Below, piece by piece: positions 10,831 through 22,700 of a stretch of DNA of 64,000 nucleotides; position 1 is the first letter of the stretch; the number at the start of each line of letters is the position of its first letter. The position numbers were made by a program, and so were the translations under genes. Origin of the DNA: a virus (lineage: Duplodnaviria; Caudoviricetes). A model generated the notes under the pieces. That model had not been told where the DNA came from and did no database searches. It worked only from the letters and a program-made list of their open reading frames with translations. The stretch is from IMG/VR virus record IMGVR_UViG_3300021403_000007, positions 495 through 64,494 of that record; one strand, written 5' to 3'.

Positions 10831-12867
10831 ATGGCTGTACTTAATATTTCTGATTTTAGCGGCATGTTGCCGATTAAAGACCCCACACTCCTGCCGGATA
10901 ATTACGCGCAAGAGTGCAGCAACACGTTTTTGTATCGTGGTGGCTTAAGGGGTTTTCGTATTTCTCAGCCAGTGTTTACATTGGTACGCCCTTCTACGAG
11001 TAAGCAAGTTTACCGTATACCGTTGAACGATAACATTGAAGACTGGACGAATTCAGTATGGTTAGAATTTCCTGATCCATTTATGAGTGTTCTTCGTAAT
11101 CCAACGGTAGGGGACCAATATAATCGTTATTACTTTTTCCCTTCAGACAAGTTTGTGGCTGACGGTGGCCCATGGATGAATGTCCCGTTTTATGCGCCGT
11201 TGTCGAACATTCAGGCTGGTGGACCTTTTTATGTTTTGGGTATCACGGCTCCTACTACGGCTCCATTGGTTCATGCTCCACTAACAAGCGGAAGTTTAGG
11301 CACCAGTGCTCCCTCTGCTGTCGGTGCTACAACTTTAAACTTTATAAATACGCCTGCTGTTTCTGTTGGAATGACTGTTGCTGATGTTACGGTTCCAGCG
11401 GCTTTATTGTCTGGTACTGCGGTGATAGCCCCTGTTACAGCGACTGTAGTTACTATAAATAATCCTGTAGCTGCTCCTGGTGTTGGTACTGGAGATGCTA
11501 TTACTTTTACTGATTTAGCAGAGGTTCGTTCATACGTTTACACATATGTTAGTGCATATGATGAAGAAGGCCCACCTTCACCGCCAACTTTGGGAACTGG
11601 TGGCACCAGTGGTAATTGGAAAATTACAGTTTACTCCCCGAGTGCTAGTGATTTGTTAAATCGTAATTTAGCGTATATTAGAATATACCGTACTGTAACA
11701 GATGCTTCGGGTAATGCAACTTTTTATCAAGTTGTACAATTACCTATTAGCACAACGCCTGGTGCAGCGATTGTTTATGACGATCAAAATTCTCCTACTG
11801 TTATTACCAATAACGTGATATTACCTTCTGTGTTATACACAGGCCCCCCTGCTGGGTTGCAGGGTGTTGTTATGATGGCTAACGGCATCATGGCAGGGTG
11901 GACCAATGACCGAGAGATTTGGTTTAGTGGTGCTTTTATTCCTCATGCTTGGCCTGCAACCTATGCCCTTACTGTGGACTTTCCTACTGTTGGTCTTGCT
12001 GCTGTTGGTTCTTCGCTGAGTGTGATGACACAAGGTCAACCGTTTATTGCTACAGGAGTAACCCCTGATACCATGACTATTGGTAAGGTTACAGCCAATG
12101 AGCCGTGTATTTCACGCGGGTCAATATTCCCGGCAGGAGAGGGGGTGTATTACGCTTCGCCCTTTGGGTTGATACTGGTGAACACTTCAGGTACGATCAA
12201 CACTACTCAGATGTTTATGGAGCGGGAGTTCTGGAATAGTTTACAGCCCCAAACGTGGGCAGCGGGACGACTTGGGCTTTCTTACATAGCTGTGTTTACT
12301 GGGGTTATGCCTGCCAATAACAACGGCCACAATGGGTGCGTGATCGACTTTCTAGAGAAAAACGTACCGATGAGTTTCCTTGAAAGCGCTGTGGCTCCTA
12401 TTGATAATTTATTCTGGGATCAACTATCAGGACAAATATTTATTATTACTCAGGGAGTAGTTCGATGGCTTAACCCGCCAAGCGGGGGAACATTACTCCC
12501 GTGGTATTGGATCAGCAAGAATTATCGTTTGCCAAAGCCTGCACAGTTTAAAGCGTTCAAGGTTGATTTTTCGGTGCCTCCCGAGGTAACAATACCCCCT
12601 CCCACTGCCGCTTCTAGAAACAACAATCAAACTCAAGTGTTTAACCCAGCTACACAGTATTTGACTGTTACGATTTATCGTGGTCTGGATAGCCCGGTTG
12701 AAGACCCTACTGACGCTGTGGTTATTCGTGAGGTTGTAAAAAGTGGAGAAACTATATTAATACCGGGAGGTTTTAAGGATGACTTTTGGACTATTATGTT
12801 TGAAGGCCAAGTCAATGTAGACTTGTTTAAAATGGCAACTAGTGTAAAGGAGCTTTCTAAGTCATGA
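10831..12867 (+). CDS. Tail nozzle/stabilisation protein (tail tubular protein B-like)
   Basis: 678 aa, beta-rich; RSYVYTYVS.Y.EEGPPS and FS..F.PHAWP motifs; position before the ejection proteins. Confidence 0.7.
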   Translation: MAVLNISDFSGMLPIKDPTLLPDNYAQECSNTFLYRGGLRGFRISQPVFTLVRPSTSKQVYRIPLNDNIEDWTNSVWLEFPDPFMSVLRNPTVGDQYNRYYFFPSDKFVADGGPWMNVPFYAPLSNIQAGGPFYVLGITAPTTAPLVHAPLTSGSLGTSAPSAVGATTLNFINTPAVSVGMTVADVTVPAALLSGTAVIAPVTATVVTINNPVAAPGVGTGDAITFTDLAEVRSYVYTYVSAYDEEGPPSPPTLGTGGTSGNWKITVYSPSASDLLNRNLAYIRIYRTVTDASGNATFYQVVQLPISTTPGAAIVYDDQNSPTVITNNVILPSVLYTGPPAGLQGVVMMANGIMAGWTNDREIWFSGAFIPHAWPATYALTVDFPTVGLAAVGSSLSVMTQGQPFIATGVTPDTMTIGKVTANEPCISRGSIFPAGEGVYYASPFGLILVNTSGTINTTQMFMEREFWNSLQPQTWAAGRLGLSYIAVFTGVMPANNNGHNGCVIDFLEKNVPMSFLESAVAPIDNLFWDQLSGQIFIITQGVVRWLNPPSGGTLLPWYWISKNYRLPKPAQFKAFKVDFSVPPEVTIPPPTAASRNNNQTQVFNPATQYLTVTIYRGLDSPVEDPTDAVVIREVVKSGETILIPGGFKDDFWTIMFEGQVNVDLFKMATSVKELSKS

Positions 12868-13241
12868 CGGGTTCTCCATATATTACAATTCCTGATCCGG
12901 GCGCGACTCAAGCTTCAATGTCTGCGGCTGTGCAAGCGTTGAAACATGATGTTAATTTGTTGATTGTTAATTCTCAAACTGACGAACAAACCCTTAATCT
13001 TGTAGGGGCCAAAGTATTTGCGCTGCAACAAGCATCAGTAGCGTTTAAAGATGCACCTGCTGACGGTAATGCTTATGGGCGTAGAAACACGACATGGGTA
13101 AAAGTGTTATCACCGAATGATATTCAATTAACAATTGTTACTCCTGTTAATGCGACCAGTGATCATAATGCTTCTCTTCTCGGTGTCCCAGTAGGCGGCA
13201 TATACCGTAATGGCTCACAACTGATGGTGAGGGTAGTTTGA
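12864..13241 (+). CDS. Hypothetical virion protein
   Basis: Contains the DAPADGNAYGRR..W module shared with the fibre genes. Confidence 0.65.
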   Translation: MTGSPYITIPDPGATQASMSAAVQALKHDVNLLIVNSQTDEQTLNLVGAKVFALQQASVAFKDAPADGNAYGRRNTTWVKVLSPNDIQLTIVTPVNATSDHNASLLGVPVGGIYRNGSQLMVRVV

Positions 13242-13750
13242 TCCGTTTCAATGATGCTCATGCCGTGCAACTTATCGCTAACGCGGCGAAAGTTCAATTT
13301 GTGCCTGGGCTGCATCATTGTATTGCCGAGTATGATCACAACGACATACTTCGCGGAGGTGTATTTTTTACTGATTATCTTGGAGGTAGTATTCAGGTGC
13401 ATGTTGCTGGGTTTCGTCCAAACTGGGCTACCAAGGTGTTGTTATATTTAACGTTCCAGTTTCCCTTTAAAATTTGTAAGGTGAAAAAACTTATTGGGTT
13501 GGTGCCAGAAAGTAATGTTCAGGCACGTAATTTAAATTTACATTTAGGGTTTATTATTGAGTACTTAGTGGCAGACGTGTTCAATTGGACAGATGCCCCA
13601 AATGGTATGTATGTTATGAGCATGTACGCACAAAATTGTCGCTGGTTGGACATGTCTGCTCCGAGAGTAATCGTAGCACCTCCTGCAAGAACCAATCAAC
13701 TTGTTCTCCCTTTGGAAGCGATTGATCATACTCTAATGACGGTACAATAA
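13238..13750 (+). CDS. GNAT-fold acetyltransferase-like virion-associated protein
   Basis: LVPESNVQARNLNLHLGF GNAT-like motif; the usual podovirus position between nozzle and ejection proteins. Confidence 0.7.
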   Translation: MIRFNDAHAVQLIANAAKVQFVPGLHHCIAEYDHNDILRGGVFFTDYLGGSIQVHVAGFRPNWATKVLLYLTFQFPFKICKVKKLIGLVPESNVQARNLNLHLGFIIEYLVADVFNWTDAPNGMYVMSMYAQNCRWLDMSAPRVIVAPPARTNQLVLPLEAIDHTLMTVQ

Positions 13751-13751
13751 C

Positions 13752-15050
13752 ATGGGCAATGCAAAAGGCGGACAAGCAAACTCTTCTGGTGTGTTCGCTG
13801 CCTTAGCGAGTGCCCAAGCTGCTGATCAGGCTTATGCTCTTGGTCAACAACAATTACAGTGGGCACAGACCCAATGGAACCAAGAACAGCCACAAGTACA
13901 ACAGGTCATTTCAACCGACATCGCCGCCCAGCAACAACAGACAGCTTTTGCAACAGAGCAACAAAACCTATACGAGGGAACGTATCAACCCCTTGAACAA
14001 CAATATGCGCAACAAGCACAGGATTGGGCAACTCCTGCTCAACAGAACCTTAACGCTGCTGCGGCTGAAAGCAATATTGCTGAAGCGTCAGAAGCACAAC
14101 GGAACTCTGCTACAGAGCAACTTGAAGGCTACGGGATTAATCCTGGGAGTACAAGATTTGCTGGGCTTGACATTGCATCGCGTACAACCCAAGCAGCGGC
14201 AGAGGCTGGGGCAGGTACAGCAGCTATTCAACAAACGAAACTACAAGGACTAGGACTGGAGGCGGGTGTTGTCAATACAGGCCGAGGTTTACCTAATACT
14301 GTTGCTGGTCTATCTAGTACTGGAGTAGGCGCGGGCTCCGCCGCTGCCGCTTCAGGGCAATCGAACATAGCAACTGGTTCCCAGGCAATGACTGGCTCAA
14401 CAGCATTTACCAATGCTGGTTCTAGCGCCATGAATACTTACGTGAATAGTGTGAACGGTTATAACCAATCACAATTGGGTTACGCCCAAGTTGGTGCTGC
14501 ACAAAGCATGGGGTTCGGTGCTCTCGCTGGTGGTTTGATGGGTAACGCGATGAGCTACTTACAAGAGGGTGGCCCTGCAATACCGCCTAACCCCGGTACT
14601 AACCCAGGTAACGTAACTGCTACTCCGGGAGTAACCGCGCAATCACCCAGTGCGATACCACCTCAAGGTACACCAGGAGGGGCTATCCCCCATACAGCAT
14701 CACCCTCTGGGGGCCAACAAACCGACGACGTTCCTGCTCGCTTGACCGTGGGTGAGTTTGTTATCCCCAAGGACGTGGTACAGTGGGAAGGTCAAAAGAA
14801 ATATTATATGGACATCGACAAAGCGCGTATGGCAAGACAACAAACAGAACAGCGCTCCGATGTCGGTGGTGAACACGGTTACGCGCCTCCTGCTCGACCG
14901 ACGTTCGTGTCCCGTCCACAAGCCCACGTACAAAGCGGTGGGGTGATACCTCCTGCCAATGGTAATTACGATGGGGCTGGGCCAACCACTTATGGCGCAC
15001 AAGGCGCTATCCCTTCTCAACGATATATCCAGACAAGAGCGGTGGGCTAA
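13752..15050 (+). CDS. Internal virion/ejection protein
   Basis: Ala/Gln/Gly-rich helical N-terminus; DDVPARLTVGEFVIPKDVV motif. Confidence 0.7.
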   Translation: MGNAKGGQANSSGVFAALASAQAADQAYALGQQQLQWAQTQWNQEQPQVQQVISTDIAAQQQQTAFATEQQNLYEGTYQPLEQQYAQQAQDWATPAQQNLNAAAAESNIAEASEAQRNSATEQLEGYGINPGSTRFAGLDIASRTTQAAAEAGAGTAAIQQTKLQGLGLEAGVVNTGRGLPNTVAGLSSTGVGAGSAAAASGQSNIATGSQAMTGSTAFTNAGSSAMNTYVNSVNGYNQSQLGYAQVGAAQSMGFGALAGGLMGNAMSYLQEGGPAIPPNPGTNPGNVTATPGVTAQSPSAIPPQGTPGGAIPHTASPSGGQQTDDVPARLTVGEFVIPKDVVQWEGQKKYYMDIDKARMARQQTEQRSDVGGEHGYAPPARPTFVSRPQAHVQSGGVIPPANGNYDGAGPTTYGAQGAIPSQRYIQTRAVG

Positions 15051-18000
15051 ATGGCTTACGCCGGTAGTTTTGCCAAGGGGTTTATTGACGCTTTTCTAGC
15101 GGCTCAAAACCAGGGTATGAGGCGTCGTCATTACCAAATGATGAACGACTACTACGCTTATAAAATGAAATTAGACGGATACGACGTTGCTTCGGGTAAA
15201 TTTATTAACCCTGCTACTGGTAAGCCAGAGTATGACTCACAGGCACAATATTTTAAAGCAATGCAAAAAATGTTTCCCCAAAAAAGTATGTTTGGTGCGC
15301 CTGCTGGGGATGGGGGTGACACCCAACAAGAAGAACCCGGCAAAGGCGAAAAGGGAACTTACTCATTAGCACAGATGACCCAGATGGCTGAAAAGGCTGG
15401 GTTCCAAGGTGAGGACGCTGCACACATGGCAGCACTCGCCCAAGCTGAAAGTAATGGCAACCCAGGTGCTGTTGGTAGTGCTGGCGAGATTGGCTTAACC
15501 CAAATCAACCCCCATGCGTGGGGGGATGAAATGGCTAACTCGGCCAAAGACCCACAAGAAGCATTCAACGCAGCTTTTAAGGTTTACAAACAACAAGGTT
15601 GGGGTGCATGGTCAACTGATCCGTCGTCGCCTCATTTTACTCCCGGTAACAATGGGATGCGGTTTTTCGAAGCTGCTAAGAAAGCTCAGGCGGCAGCGAC
15701 AGCTATGGCTGCGCCCACTGACACATCTACGGCAAAAGCTCCTACCCCTAAGACTGCAAAGAAAGCACCACCTCCTGCTCCTACTCCTGTAGTAAAGAAA
15801 CCACAGATCGCTCCTGACGACCAAGCGGCAATCCCATCACCGACTCAACCCACCTCTGCCGCTCCTGAACCCGAAGACGTTGCTATGGGTCCACCTGACC
15901 CACAGTGGTCAACGTATAACGCCCCTGCGATTTTAAAACAGCCACCTCCTTCACCTCCGCCACAAGCACAACCCGCTCCTGCCGCTGTACCTTCACCGTC
16001 TGCGCCTCCACCCTCTGATGCTGGACCGGATACGTCTGCACCGCCTCCACCTGATAACAATACAATGATGTCCGCAAAGGGAGGGGCTATACCTTATAAC
16101 TCTTATAGGTTTACCAAGTACGATGATGGTGGATACGTTAGTTCGGATAGTACTCCGGTAGTAAGTTCGGATGCGAGTGTTCAGGGTGACACCCAACAAA
16201 CTCAACAGGGTGCTGCCCAGATGGGTGCTGCTGCGGGAGCAATGGGCTCGTCTGCCACGAAAGGATTTGAAGGCGCTCAAGATAGAAAATACGAGAATGC
16301 CCTACGTAAAAGTTTTACACCTAATACTTCAAGTACAAGGTCTGTTCCATCGTTGTGGAACCTTCCGCAAAACCTTAAGAATTCTCCGGCAGGGAAGTTT
16401 TTTCAAAACCCCGGTGCAGCAATGCAAGCAATACCGGGTACTATTGCACAAAACTTCCAAACGTCCCCTGTTGGACAAATGATGTCAGGCGCATCTGGCT
16501 ATCAACGTGGTGGGGCGGTTGCTACCAGAGTAACTAAGTTTGATGACGGTGGGGATGCTGGTGGGACTGGAGAGGGTGTAACAGGTTCTAGTACTACTGG
16601 GGGTACTACTACAAACACGACTAATGTTGGTGGTGTTACCGCAGTAACTGGAGACACCACGACTGGGTTTAGCGCTGCTGATATGGGTCATACCAGTAAT
16701 GCTGGGGGTAGTGCTGGTAGCGAAGGAGGTGGTTCAGGAACAAGTGGTACGAGTGCAGCGCCTGGACTCGCCGCAGCAGTCAACAGTATGGTCAATGCGA
16801 TATTTGGAGGTCCAGCAAGCGCCCAAACTCTTAGCCCAAGTCAAAAAGCGTCGTTACAGTCTTCATTGGCTCAGTTAGCAGAAGCAAGGGGGACAAGTGT
16901 ATCAGAGATGCTTGGGCCATCTGGTGGGAACACCGGTTTGAGCCCTTCAGCGTTAGCAGCTTTGAGGGGAGCAGTTAACCAAAACGCGATCAGCTTTGGG
17001 CCGCCGGGCGTTCCGAGTTTAGGCGTGCCAGAGGGTGTTGGTGGACAGGGTGCTGCGCCGGTTGGAGCAGTGACGACTTCAGCTTTAGGGCCTCCCGGTA
17101 CTGGTTCTAGCCCTGGTTCACCCACTGGCCTGAGTCCATCCGTAGTTGCTGACATCAATGCTCAGATGCAAGCCTATGCACATCAAAAAGGATATCTATC
17201 GGGGATGGGGACTCCGGGGTTTCCAAACCCACCTTCCGGTACTAATGCTTTAGGCTTCCCCGCTGCTAACCCTTCTATAGGTCCAGGGGGTGCGCCGCAA
17301 GGCACAGTGGCTCCTCCCGGTACTTTGGGACCAGCCCATAACTCGGGTGTAGCTGGTCCTGGTCCCAGTGCTCCCGGTGGTATAGCTGGTCCCAGTGCTC
17401 CCGGTGCCCCCGGTCTCGGTCCCGGTGGTGGAGGTGTAGCTGCTGGCCCGAGTGCCCCAAGTGGACCTAATGCGCCTTCACAGTATGCTAGTAGTATGAT
17501 GGGGCAGGGTGTAGCACCTCCTGGCATGGCTAATCAGGGTTTTGGTGGTCAAGGGCTTGCTCAAGGTGCAGAGGCAGTCAGCCAAGCACCAGTTACAGGT
17601 GGCGCATTCCACGGCGCTCCTGCGCCCAATGTCGGGCGTGTTGCCAAGGGTGGTCCTATACGTAAATACGCGGCAGGGGGAGCGGTCACGTTTTTCGCTG
17701 ATGGTGGTCCCGCTGACCAGCAACCCGTTGTTCAGCCCGCCCCAATTGATTACTCTGGGAGTCAAGTTACCGCTGAACAGCTTTCAGGTGGCTCTACCGC
17801 TTCTGCCGCAGATGACACTGAAGATGCTCGCGACGATGCTGAAATGCAACGACTAGACATGGAGGGTCCGTCAGAAGACGGCTTGCCACTGGGTACACCT
17901 CAAATTTCTGACTCGTTTGGTAATCCCTCTCAAGGCGCATCAGATGGTGTTGTTGCTGGCGCACAGTCGCTTATCGCTGACAATAGCCTTGGACCGCAAA

Positions 18001-19697
18001 GTGCAATACCTTCTCAAGGCGAGTCAGGACAAGGTACTTTCTATGATAAAAAGAACGATATGGACGGCGACCACAAAAACGCAGTTGATCAGGCAGTAGA
18101 CCCAGACGGTCAACTTAGTCCCAATATGAGACATTTAGCGTCGATAGAGAGTATCTACAAGTATGGTGTATTGACCGGTCATGAGAAAGATGGAGCCGCC
18201 GCTGCCGGTGCTTACTTAAAAAATCTTGTCACTGAAGGACAGGATTATGGCGACAAAGCACTAAACGCACTCAGAGACGGGAACCTCAACGATGCCGTTG
18301 GCAATCTTGTAGCGGGGTATCATCAGATACCTGATGGTATGCACATGAACGCTAAAGTCAACGATGACGGTACAGTTCATGTCCAGCAAGTTGATTTACA
18401 TAACAAAGTTCAGTGGGAAGGTGATGTTGGTAAAGACGAACTAGCGAAAGCAGCGGGTCAGCTTAGAAATGGCCAAGCGTTTTGGAGTGTTGTTGGTCAG
18501 TCAATGGCGAAGTACGATCCTAAAGACGGTGCAAAAGTACCGCTTGATACTGCACAAAAAATATATGACAACGCTGATAAACAAATGCTTCAAATCGAGC
18601 GAGGTATACAAGGGAGATACTTTCAGGGTAACAACCCAATTGTTAACGGTAGGGTCGCTTATGAACCACAGCCGCCAACACCAACAGGCAATGCACGGTT
18701 TGATGGTATGCAACGACAACAATATTTAAACCAACACCGTGAATGGCAGGGTTATGTAGAACAAAATGATAAAACAGCTAAGAACGATACTCTGGCTGCA
18801 AAGACTGATTACATAGCCACACATCGTGCATTACTTAGAACAGCATTAGGACAAAATAAAGAAGCAGTTGAGCAACAAAAACTCGTACAAAGCCAAGAGG
18901 CTGATATCTCAAAGGGTATAACCGCAAAGAGTAAAGAACTCGCGAAAACCGCAGAGCTTCGACAGAAGGCAGATGAACTGGAAAACAAACCTCTTAACCT
19001 GAGTGATACTTACAAAGAAGATGTAACTGGTAAGAAATCTATCGTTGAAACTGCAAACGATTATACTTATGGGAAACCTGGTGTTCCTGGTATAGGTGCG
19101 ACACCGGGAGAGCCAGCCGTGCCTGCTATTGTGTCAAGTGATGCGGCAGAAGCGAAAAAGAACGGTAATATTTTCTTACCCAACAAATCTGACCAAGATA
19201 TTATACGTGACGTAATAGGCGACGGATACGCACACGCCAAGGGTAACTTGCCCATGGACGAGGTTGCTTCTGCGGTGAAAAACCTTTATCAAACACCGGA
19301 CCCAAGTAAAGTTCATATTGACCCACTAGCGAAAGATGGTCGTCCTATGGTTGGCACTGGTACGCCAGCGTTCTATCAGATTACTACTCCTGGGAGTAGA
19401 CCATTCAGGGTGTCATCTGACACGTTTAATGCCATGAAGCCTACACTGCAAAAAGTCTATAAGCAACGACAAGCTGACGCTGAAGCCAGTAAACCAGCAC
19501 CAGAAGCCACCCCCGCTGCCGCTATACCATCTCCTGCCCAATCGGGTCCACCGAGAACCGGTGGCGCATTACCGCTACCTAGTTCAATGCAACCACCTGC
19601 TGCACCGCAACGTGGAACGCCAGCACAGCCTCCAGGTTGGTTAGACTGGATTGGTAAACATATGTTTACGGAAGATCAACCACCGGCTCCCCAATGA
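15051..19697 (+). CDS. Internal virion/ejection protein with lytic transglycosylase (SLT-like) domain
   Basis: LAQAESNGNPGA...GLTQIN...GWGAWST at about 15420-15620; long low-complexity regions. Confidence 0.75.
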   Translation: MAYAGSFAKGFIDAFLAAQNQGMRRRHYQMMNDYYAYKMKLDGYDVASGKFINPATGKPEYDSQAQYFKAMQKMFPQKSMFGAPAGDGGDTQQEEPGKGEKGTYSLAQMTQMAEKAGFQGEDAAHMAALAQAESNGNPGAVGSAGEIGLTQINPHAWGDEMANSAKDPQEAFNAAFKVYKQQGWGAWSTDPSSPHFTPGNNGMRFFEAAKKAQAAATAMAAPTDTSTAKAPTPKTAKKAPPPAPTPVVKKPQIAPDDQAAIPSPTQPTSAAPEPEDVAMGPPDPQWSTYNAPAILKQPPPSPPPQAQPAPAAVPSPSAPPPSDAGPDTSAPPPPDNNTMMSAKGGAIPYNSYRFTKYDDGGYVSSDSTPVVSSDASVQGDTQQTQQGAAQMGAAAGAMGSSATKGFEGAQDRKYENALRKSFTPNTSSTRSVPSLWNLPQNLKNSPAGKFFQNPGAAMQAIPGTIAQNFQTSPVGQMMSGASGYQRGGAVATRVTKFDDGGDAGGTGEGVTGSSTTGGTTTNTTNVGGVTAVTGDTTTGFSAADMGHTSNAGGSAGSEGGGSGTSGTSAAPGLAAAVNSMVNAIFGGPASAQTLSPSQKASLQSSLAQLAEARGTSVSEMLGPSGGNTGLSPSALAALRGAVNQNAISFGPPGVPSLGVPEGVGGQGAAPVGAVTTSALGPPGTGSSPGSPTGLSPSVVADINAQMQAYAHQKGYLSGMGTPGFPNPPSGTNALGFPAANPSIGPGGAPQGTVAPPGTLGPAHNSGVAGPGPSAPGGIAGPSAPGAPGLGPGGGGVAAGPSAPSGPNAPSQYASSMMGQGVAPPGMANQGFGGQGLAQGAEAVSQAPVTGGAFHGAPAPNVGRVAKGGPIRKYAAGGAVTFFADGGPADQQPVVQPAPIDYSGSQVTAEQLSGGSTASAADDTEDARDDAEMQRLDMEGPSEDGLPLGTPQISDSFGNPSQGASDGVVAGAQSLIADNSLGPQSAIPSQGESGQGTFYDKKNDMDGDHKNAVDQAVDPDGQLSPNMRHLASIESIYKYGVLTGHEKDGAAAAGAYLKNLVTEGQDYGDKALNALRDGNLNDAVGNLVAGYHQIPDGMHMNAKVNDDGTVHVQQVDLHNKVQWEGDVGKDELAKAAGQLRNGQAFWSVVGQSMAKYDPKDGAKVPLDTAQKIYDNADKQMLQIERGIQGRYFQGNNPIVNGRVAYEPQPPTPTGNARFDGMQRQQYLNQHREWQGYVEQNDKTAKNDTLAAKTDYIATHRALLRTALGQNKEAVEQQKLVQSQEADISKGITAKSKELAKTAELRQKADELENKPLNLSDTYKEDVTGKKSIVETANDYTYGKPGVPGIGATPGEPAVPAIVSSDAAEAKKNGNIFLPNKSDQDIIRDVIGDGYAHAKGNLPMDEVASAVKNLYQTPDPSKVHIDPLAKDGRPMVGTGTPAFYQITTPGSRPFRVSSDTFNAMKPTLQKVYKQRQADAEASKPAPEATPAAAIPSPAQSGPPRTGGALPLPSSMQPPAAPQRGTPAQPPGWLDWIGKHMFTEDQPPAPQ

Positions 19698-19735
19698 TTA
19701 TTCTCTTTATAACTTTTACTATAAGAGTAACATAG

Positions 19736-22700
19736 ATGCCATCGCTCAGTGATTATCTTGGCGATGATTATGCTCAACCGATTGGTGACACCCAACCACC
19801 GGAGCCTGTTGCACGCACACCGGAAGAACTCGCTGAAGTTCCCAGTCTTAGTGACCATGCTTCTTATCTCGCTAACGTATATCATAACTCGCTTGCAGGT
19901 TTACATACAGCATTAGGGTCAATAAGTGATGACCCAACTATAACCAAGCAACATGATCAACTCGCAGACCAAGAACGCTCTAAGGCGTCAGACGCTTTTG
20001 ACGACATGTCTCTCGCCGGTCGAGAAGCATCCCAAAGTTGGAATAAACACTGGATGCATGGAGCGCTGTTTGGGTTAGAGCAAATGCTACCTGGCACAGC
20101 GGCAGGAATAGCTGGTGGGCTTATAGCTGGTCCCGTTGGGGCGATGGCTGGGTTTGGGGGTATAAGCGCGTCAGACTTTGCGGGTTCAACATCGTCTGCT
20201 ATTAAGCAGATGACACCGGAACAACTTGATAAACTTTCAAATTCAAAATACTCTACATTAACACAAAACGGTATGACGGACGAAGACGCCCGTAATCAAA
20301 TCATTAACGACTCTATTGGCCCCGGTATGCTCATAGCAGGTGCAGCGGGTGCAGCGACGGCAGAAGTGCCGGGGATGGGTGGCACCCTTGCAAAACGACT
20401 TGCGATAGGCGCGGCAACGGGTGGTGCTGGTAGCGCGATAACCGATCTTGCTCTGGGAGTAACAACCGGACAAACCCCCTCTGCCGCAGATTTAGGTTCA
20501 AGCGCTTTATCAGGTGCAGTGCCAGGGATGGTGTTTGGGGCCATTGGTAAGCAACATGGACAGCGTGGACCTGATCGGGGCAAGCCTGTTGACAGTACAA
20601 CTGGCACCGGGATAGGGTCTGGTCGTATAGGTCGAGCACCTGATAAACAACTCAAAACACCGGGGAAAGGTGACGTTACTCCCGAGGGTAATACGTCAAC
20701 CCCTCCTGCACCTGATATCCTAAATACTGAGCAAAGAGAAGCATTGGATGTTACTCTCGGGAGTAAACAAGAAACCAATAAAAAAGCGCCTGCTGCTCAA
20801 TCTACATCGCCAACGGGTAGTACAATACAACCGCCGGTTGCACAACCAACCCCCACCCCCTCAAAAATCGCCTCAGAGGCCCCTAGGACGGCCGATACAA
20901 CCGGGCCGCTACCACCCTACCAGGAACCCCCAAAAGGGCCGCCTACGTCGCTCCCTGTTGATCCTGAGCGGCCTCCTTCTGTTCCACCCCCAACCCCCTT
21001 GACGGCGCAACCCGGTTCTGAGCCGACCCCTGCGCCCCCTGTTCGTACACCTTCTGTTCCTGTTTCACCCCAACCTACAGCGGCTATTCCTGAAAATCCG
21101 AAAACCCTTCAAATACAAGAGCAAGCGCTAGCCCAAGGAAAGAAGGAAGTTGTCTTTTATCCGCAGGGAGAGGGTTACTCTCAGAGTGGCACCAAAGCCC
21201 TTCGTGACCAACCTAACGTTAGTGTGATCAAATGGCACAATAAAGACGTCGCTGTTTTTAGGACTGACGGTCCAAACAATCTTACATCCTCTTCCCTTCG
21301 TTCTGCCGTAAAAGAAGGTAAACTCAACGAGCTACTTGGTCTTGGCGACACGACACGCGAGGAAGCGAGCGCACGGGCTGCTACCGGTGAGACTCCTGCG
21401 GCAGTGGTCGAGCGCACTCCCGAGGGAACGGAGGCCCGTGCTGCTGCTGGGACTACGGAGACTGCGCCTGCTCAGACAGCAACGATGGAGGCAACGAAAC
21501 TCGCTCCTGAAAATAAGATAAGTATCGAGCGACCGGTAGATGTTATCAAAGAAAGGCTTGCAGCGCGAGCGCCTAGAATTTTACAGGATATAAGCAAACC
21601 AAGAGAGCCTGCTGCACCTGTCTTTAAAGCAACTCAAGAAGAAGTTACTCCGGGAGTTAAGCATCGCACTATAGCTGAGAAAGCACAAATTGTAAGGAGC
21701 AATTTCACTGCTAACAGAATAGTTTTATTAAATAAACCTATGCAACGTGAAGATTTATCAGATATTTACAAACGTGCCGGACGTATGGTTGAACAAGCTA
21801 AAGCGCGCGATATAACTATACCTAAAGAGTTAGGCACACACCACTCAGCCGGTATGGCGATTTTAAGTGAGGCACGAACACTTATTAGTAATAAAGAACC
21901 GTCACCAGATGCCTATGCGAGGTTCTTAGACCGTGAAGCACTCTTTCGTGCCGGGAAGAAAGATGAAGCACTTGGTATTCGTAAAGCTGAAGGAGCGGCA
22001 GAACTCGGCGGAACCGAGACACCTGATATCCCTGTAGAGACTACTCCTGAGAGTGAACTTATTGCGAAGCAAGAAAATGAACCACCTAAAAAATTCGAAG
22101 TCGTCAAGCTAAAACGCAGAACACCTGATAAGCTAAAAGCTCTACAAGAACAACTGGATGCACGCGCAGAAAAACCCTCTCCCACTGCCGCTATGCTTGA
22201 AGCAGGTAATTACGATAAAGGGCATATACGTCTTGAGGGAGAAAATGTAAGTATAGAGACTGGTAAGGGTGAAACGCGAGAACCCTACGACGTGAAAGTG
22301 AAAGCCCACTATGGGTACATTCGCGGCACGGTGGGGAAGGATGGCGACCACATTGATACGTATATTGGTCCCAAGGGTGAAACTGGTAAAATATTCGTGA
22401 TGAACCAGCTTACTCCCGGAGTAGGTTCGTTTGACGAGCATAAAGTGTTTATGGGGTTCGATTCCAAGCGTGCAGCGTTAGACGCTTACGAGAAGTCATT
22501 TGACGACAAGAGCGCGTGGAAGCGTGAAGGCGGAATAGTTGAGTTAAACAAAAACCAATTTAAAGACTGGCTTGACAACGGTGATCATTCACAGCCAATC
22601 AATGAAGGATTAGAGGGTGAACACCCCGGACAAAAATTTGAGACGATGGACCTTGCTGGTAAAGCACAAACTAGGGAGTATAACCACCGAAGTAATGTTA

